Shown here: one piece after another, positions 60,742 to 64,000 of the stretch | How the letters are laid out: each line of letters starts with the position of its first letter | Position numbering within the stretch: position 1 is the first letter of the stretch | Assembly: GCA_031394145.1 (NCBI GenBank) | Contig: JANMWT010000371.1 | Span: 35,314 to 99,313 of the forward strand | Direction: 5' to 3' | Origin: Alphaproteobacteria bacterium | Lineage (GTDB): Bacteria; Pseudomonadota; Alphaproteobacteria; Caulobacterales; Hyphomonadaceae | Length of the DNA: 64,000 nt | Program-made: the position numbers and the translations under genes | Notes under the pieces: model-generated | Seen by the model: the letters and a program-made list of their open reading frames with translations, nothing else | Told to the model about the DNA's origin: nothing | Database searches by the model: none

Positions 60742-61542
60742 ATGGGTCGGCTGGCATTGGTCACAGGCGCATCCGCAGGCATTGGCGCAGCGTTCGCGCG
60801 GGTCTATGCGCGGGCCGGATTTGACCTCGCGCTCAGCGCGCGCCGCGAAGCGCGGCTCGAGGCATTGGCTGACGAGCTGCGTCAGGCGCACGGCGTCCGC
60901 GCCATGACCATCGCCGCCGATCTCGCGCGACCCGGCGCCGTCGATGTCATTCTGGGCGAGCTCCGCAGCGCCGGAGCGAGCGTCGATGTGCTGGTCAACA
61001 ATGCCGGGTATGGCTTGCCAGGGACCTGGCGCTCGACGACATGGGAGGCGCAGGCTGCGGCGCTGCAGGTGATGCTCACCGCGCCGCTGGAGCTCTCGCA
61101 CAAGCTTCTGCCTGAGATGGTGGAACGACGCTGGGGTCGCATCCTCAACATTGCCTCGCTCGCCGGCTTCGCGCCTGGCGGGCGCGGCCATACCACCTAT
61201 GCTGCGATCAAGTCGGCGCTGATCAAGTTCTCGCAGTCGCTCCACGCCGAGCTTGAGGGCGGCGGGGTGCATTGCACGGCGGTGTGTCCGGGCCTCACCT
61301 ATTCTGAGTTTCACGACGTGAACGGGACGCGCGAGCGGGTGAAGCTCGCGCCGGCGCGCTTCTGGCAGACGGCGGAAGAAGTCGCAGAGGCCGGCTATAA
61401 CGCCAGCGAGCACAATCGCGCCGTAGTGGTCACCGGCGCCGCCAACAAACTGCTGGCCGGTCTTGCGAAGATCACGCCTGACCCGCTGGCGATGGAAATC
61501 ACCAAGGGTCTGCAGGCAAAATATCGCGGCAATGCCGATTAA
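60742..61542 (+). CDS. short-chain dehydrogenase/reductase (classical SDR)
   Basis: Start at MGRLALVTGASAGIG (TGxxxGIG). Also NNAG and the catalytic YAAIK. Confidence 0.85.
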   Translation: MGRLALVTGASAGIGAAFARVYARAGFDLALSARREARLEALADELRQAHGVRAMTIAADLARPGAVDVILGELRSAGASVDVLVNNAGYGLPGTWRSTTWEAQAAALQVMLTAPLELSHKLLPEMVERRWGRILNIASLAGFAPGGRGHTTYAAIKSALIKFSQSLHAELEGGGVHCTAVCPGLTYSEFHDVNGTRERVKLAPARFWQTAEEVAEAGYNASEHNRAVVVTGAANKLLAGLAKITPDPLAMEITKGLQAKYRGNAD

Positions 61543-61563
61543 GCCGGCGGGCTCGAGATCGAG

Positions 61564-61717
61564 CCCTCAAGGGGCCCTCAAGGGGCCAGCGAGGGGCCAG
61601 CGAGGGGACGCAGGCAAGGGGACGCAGGCGAGGGGACGCAGGCAAGGGGACGCAAGCGAGGGGGCGCCAGCGAGGGGACGCAGGCAAGGGGACGCAGGCG
61701 AGGGCGCGCCAGCAAGG
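61564..61717. repeat. composite tandem array, 12 units of 11-15 bp sharing an [a/c]a/gagggg core
   Basis: The series is 2 x ccctcaagggg, 2 x ccagcgagggg, then alternating acgcaggcaagggg / acgcaggcgagggg variants. Lies between the convergent SDR and DUF1674 genes. Confidence 0.92.
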
Positions 61718-61790
61718 TCTGGTTCAGCCGGACCCAGGAAACCGCGGCCCGAGCGCCGATTGAGCCAGGAAGCGCGCGGCCGCGCCCGGG

Positions 61791-62063
61791 CTAGAAATCG
61801 ACCGCCAGGCCTTTGCGCTCCCAGTCGCCATAACGGGTCGGTTCTTCGCCATTGCGGCCGCCGATCTCGGGCGCCAGGGCGGCGACAGGCGCGGCCTGGC
61901 GTCGCGCCTCAGCCTCCTCCAGCGCCCGTCGCGCCTCGGGCGACAACCGCTTCCCAGGCGCAGCGCCAGGAACTTCCCCAGGGGCTGCAGCAGCGCTCGC
62001 CACGGGGGCGCCGGGGCCGGCGCTGTCATGGTGGTTAGGAGAATCGTGCGCGTCGTTCACCAT
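61791..62063 (-). CDS. DUF1674 (SDHAF4-like) small protein
   Basis: Start at MVNDAHDS (62061-62063). The characteristic C-terminus PTRYGDWERKGLAVDF is present. Confidence 0.8.
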   Translation of the reverse strand: MVNDAHDSPNHHDSAGPGAPVASAAAAPGEVPGAAPGKRLSPEARRALEEAEARRQAAPVAALAPEIGGRNGEEPTRYGDWERKGLAVDF

Positions 62064-62217
62064 TCTGAAGCGATTTCCAGACGAAAACTTAACAGGTTGC
62101 GTCAACGATCCGGTAACCGCGCCGAAGCGGCCCGAACCTGACGCGACGAATATGACCCCGCCTGCCTGGGATCGCCAGTCCCGGGACACCGGCGAAGCGA
62201 CGTAGAGGAGCCCCGCG

Positions 62218-63045
62218 ATGAGCTATGTGAAGGCCGCCAGCCTGATGCTCGCAATCCACCTCGCCTTTGCCGTCGCAGGGTGGTTTGCCGCCGGTCGAGA
62301 GGGCGCTCTCATCGCCACCATGGCGGCGCTCGCCTTTCACCTGCTGGTTTTCTGGTACGCCGAGAAGATCGTCCTCAAACTGCACAACGCTAAGGAAGTG
62401 AACTCCGACGATCCCTCGCCGATGATCCGCGCCTTCGTCGCCGACTGCGACAAGCTCGCGATGCGGGCCAACATGCCCCGCCCGCGCACCTACATCGTCG
62501 ATGCCTTCCAGCCCAACGCCTTCGTCGCCGGTCGTGACACAGCCCATGCCTCGATCGCCGTGACCGACGGTCTGCTCAAGACCCTGACCCGCGCCGAAGT
62601 GTCAGCCGTCGTCGCGCACGAACTCGCCCATGTTAAACGCGGCGATGCTCTGGCGATGGGCGTGTCCTCGGCCCTGGCGGCGGTGATCACCACGATCTTC
62701 GGCTCGCTCGCCTATCCGCTGGGACAGCGCAAGCGCGTCTCCAAGGTCGTCGCCGGCCTCGTCGCCCGGGTTGGTCAGAGCCATGGTCGCGAGTACGCCG
62801 CCGACCGCCACGCCGGCGAGATCTGCGGGTCACCGGTCAATCTCGCCTCGGCGCTGCTGAAGCTTGAGCGTCACACCATGTCGCTGCTGAACCCGCTGGC
62901 CGAGCGCTCGCCGGCGACGGCGCAGATGTTTGTCATCGACCCGCTCCACGGCCCCAAGCGCGGCCCCAGCGCCACGCATCCGCCGACCGAACGCCGCGTC
63001 GCGCGCCTGCACCGTCAGGCGGCCGAGATGGATGGTTCGGAATAG
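62218..63045 (+). CDS. htpX: M48-family zinc metalloprotease HtpX homolog
   Basis: HEXXH in HELAHVKRGD, TM helices, EYAADRH. Confidence 0.85.
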   Translation: MSYVKAASLMLAIHLAFAVAGWFAAGREGALIATMAALAFHLLVFWYAEKIVLKLHNAKEVNSDDPSPMIRAFVADCDKLAMRANMPRPRTYIVDAFQPNAFVAGRDTAHASIAVTDGLLKTLTRAEVSAVVAHELAHVKRGDALAMGVSSALAAVITTIFGSLAYPLGQRKRVSKVVAGLVARVGQSHGREYAADRHAGEICGSPVNLASALLKLERHTMSLLNPLAERSPATAQMFVIDPLHGPKRGPSATHPPTERRVARLHRQAAEMDGSE

Positions 63046-63209
63046 GCTTTGGCGGCTGCACGACCGAACGACGGATGGCCGGGGTTCGCCTCGGCCGTTT
63101 GCGTTTGGGGGAGCTGGCATGACCGGCCGCCTGCCGAACCGTGGACCTGCCTAAGTGCCAACCTGCCAACCTGGGTGACAGCCGGCCAGCGATTGTCTAG
63201 GCACGCGCG

Positions 63210-64000
63210 ATGATCCCGCCCCGCCCAGAAAGATCCCGGCGCGAGCCGGCCGTCGGGTCGGTCAGCCGGCTCGCCGCCGCCGAGCTGTTGTTCGCGGTGG
63301 TCGAAACCGGCGCCGACCTCGAGACCGCGATGGAGGCCACCGAGACGTACCGGCGGCTGGACGGACCTGATCGCGGTTTTGCCCGGGCGATTGCGAGCGC
63401 GGCCCTGCGCGGGCTGGGGCGGATCGACTTCGCGCTTGGCGGCCTGATCGACCGGCGGCTCGACCAGGTCGAGGCCCCGCTGCGAGCGCTCCTGCGGGCC
63501 GGGTGCGCGCAGCTCTGGATGATGGGCGTGGCGGATCATGCGGCCGTCTCCGCGACGGTTGAGGCGGCGCGCGGGTGGCGAGCCGCCCAGCGGGGAGGCG
63601 GGCTGGTCAACGCGGTGCTGCGCCGGGCGGCGCGCGAGAGCGAGGGTTTTGCAACGGCGCCGCCGACATCGGTGTGGCCGGACTGGCTGGCGGCTCGGTT
63701 GAAAGCCTCGCTGGGCGCGGAAGGGGCGGACGCGCTGGCGCTGCTGCAGCTCGAGGAGCCGCCGATCGACCTCACGGTCAAACCTGGCCAGCACCCTGAG
63801 ACCTGGGCCGAGCGGCTCGACGGCGAGGCGCTGGCCAACGGCTCGGTGCGGATCTCGGCCGGCGCCTCGCTGACCGAACTTGCCGGCTATGACACCGGCG
63901 ACTGGTGGGTGCAGGATGCCGGCGCGAGCCTCGCTGCGAAACTTCTGGGTGATGTGCGCGGTGAGGCGGTGGCCGATCTTTGCGCGGCGCCCGGCGGCAA
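63210..64000 (+). CDS. rsmB: 16S rRNA m5C967 methyltransferase RsmB/Sun, 3' end cut by window edge
   Basis: Not in the ORF track because it has no stop inside the window. ATG at 63210, NusB-like N-domain (DRGFARAIASAALRGLGRIDF). The window ends in the SAM motif DLCAAPGG. Confidence 0.82.
   Translation, partial: MIPPRPERSRREPAVGSVSRLAAAELLFAVVETGADLETAMEATETYRRLDGPDRGFARAIASAALRGLGRIDFALGGLIDRRLDQVEAPLRALLRAGCAQLWMMGVADHAAVSATVEAARGWRAAQRGGGLVNAVLRRAARESEGFATAPPTSVWPDWLAARLKASLGAEGADALALLQLEEPPIDLTVKPGQHPETWAERLDGEALANGSVRISAGASLTELAGYDTGDWWVQDAGASLAAKLLGDVRGEAVADLCAAPGG

Noticed and set aside
61463-62038. A 191-aa plus-strand ORF reads through the G-rich array.
   Set aside because: Its sequence is simply the translated repeat (RGDAGKG...) plus antisense of the DUF1674 gene. 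No start context or family signal is present.
63015-63794. A 259-aa minus-strand ORF lies near the window end.
   Set aside because: It lies antisense to a clear RsmB N-terminal domain that runs off the window, which is why that domain is absent from the ORF track.

Overview
High-GC alphaproteobacterial chromosome segment. The gene order is typical of Hyphomicrobiales/Rhizobiales core genome: senC | regB-regA, rlmN, grpE-hrcA | rph...rdgB...hemW, lpoA-like | rsmI, gshB, maeB | mutS, nadR-pnuC, glnD-murJ-trpS, nfu, tsaB-rimI-fur-miaB-phoH-ybeY-corC-lnt-HTH-metK-trmB, czcD | glk, htpX, rsmB. I can support 61 CDS and 1 pseudogene. I found no rRNA, tRNA, transposase, integrase, phage gene, CRISPR array or recognisable defence gene. 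I do not see a convincing new multi-gene system, and most of the window is ordinary housekeeping DNA. Five things are not explained by the gene list. (1) There are at least 19 short head-to-tail repeat arrays (unit 9-16 bp, unrelated unit sequences). Many sit on or just after stop codons, and three form repetitive C-terminal tails on FkbM-MTase, RsmI and MiaB. (2) An AT-rich spacer between mutS and nadR carries a near-consensus sigma-54 promoter, repeated upstream motifs and an unannotated 41-codon hydrophobic ORF with a strong RBS. (3) A cytoplasmic hybrid histidine kinase (DHp-CA-pseudoreceiver-receiver) is translationally coupled to ampG. (4) Two small gene insertions break the conserved rph-rdgB-hemW run: bla-nudix-DUF2975/XRE, and RR-HK-FkbM. 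(5) An EthD-like gene is split at a G12 homopolymer. All family calls come from motif recognition by eye; no database search was run.
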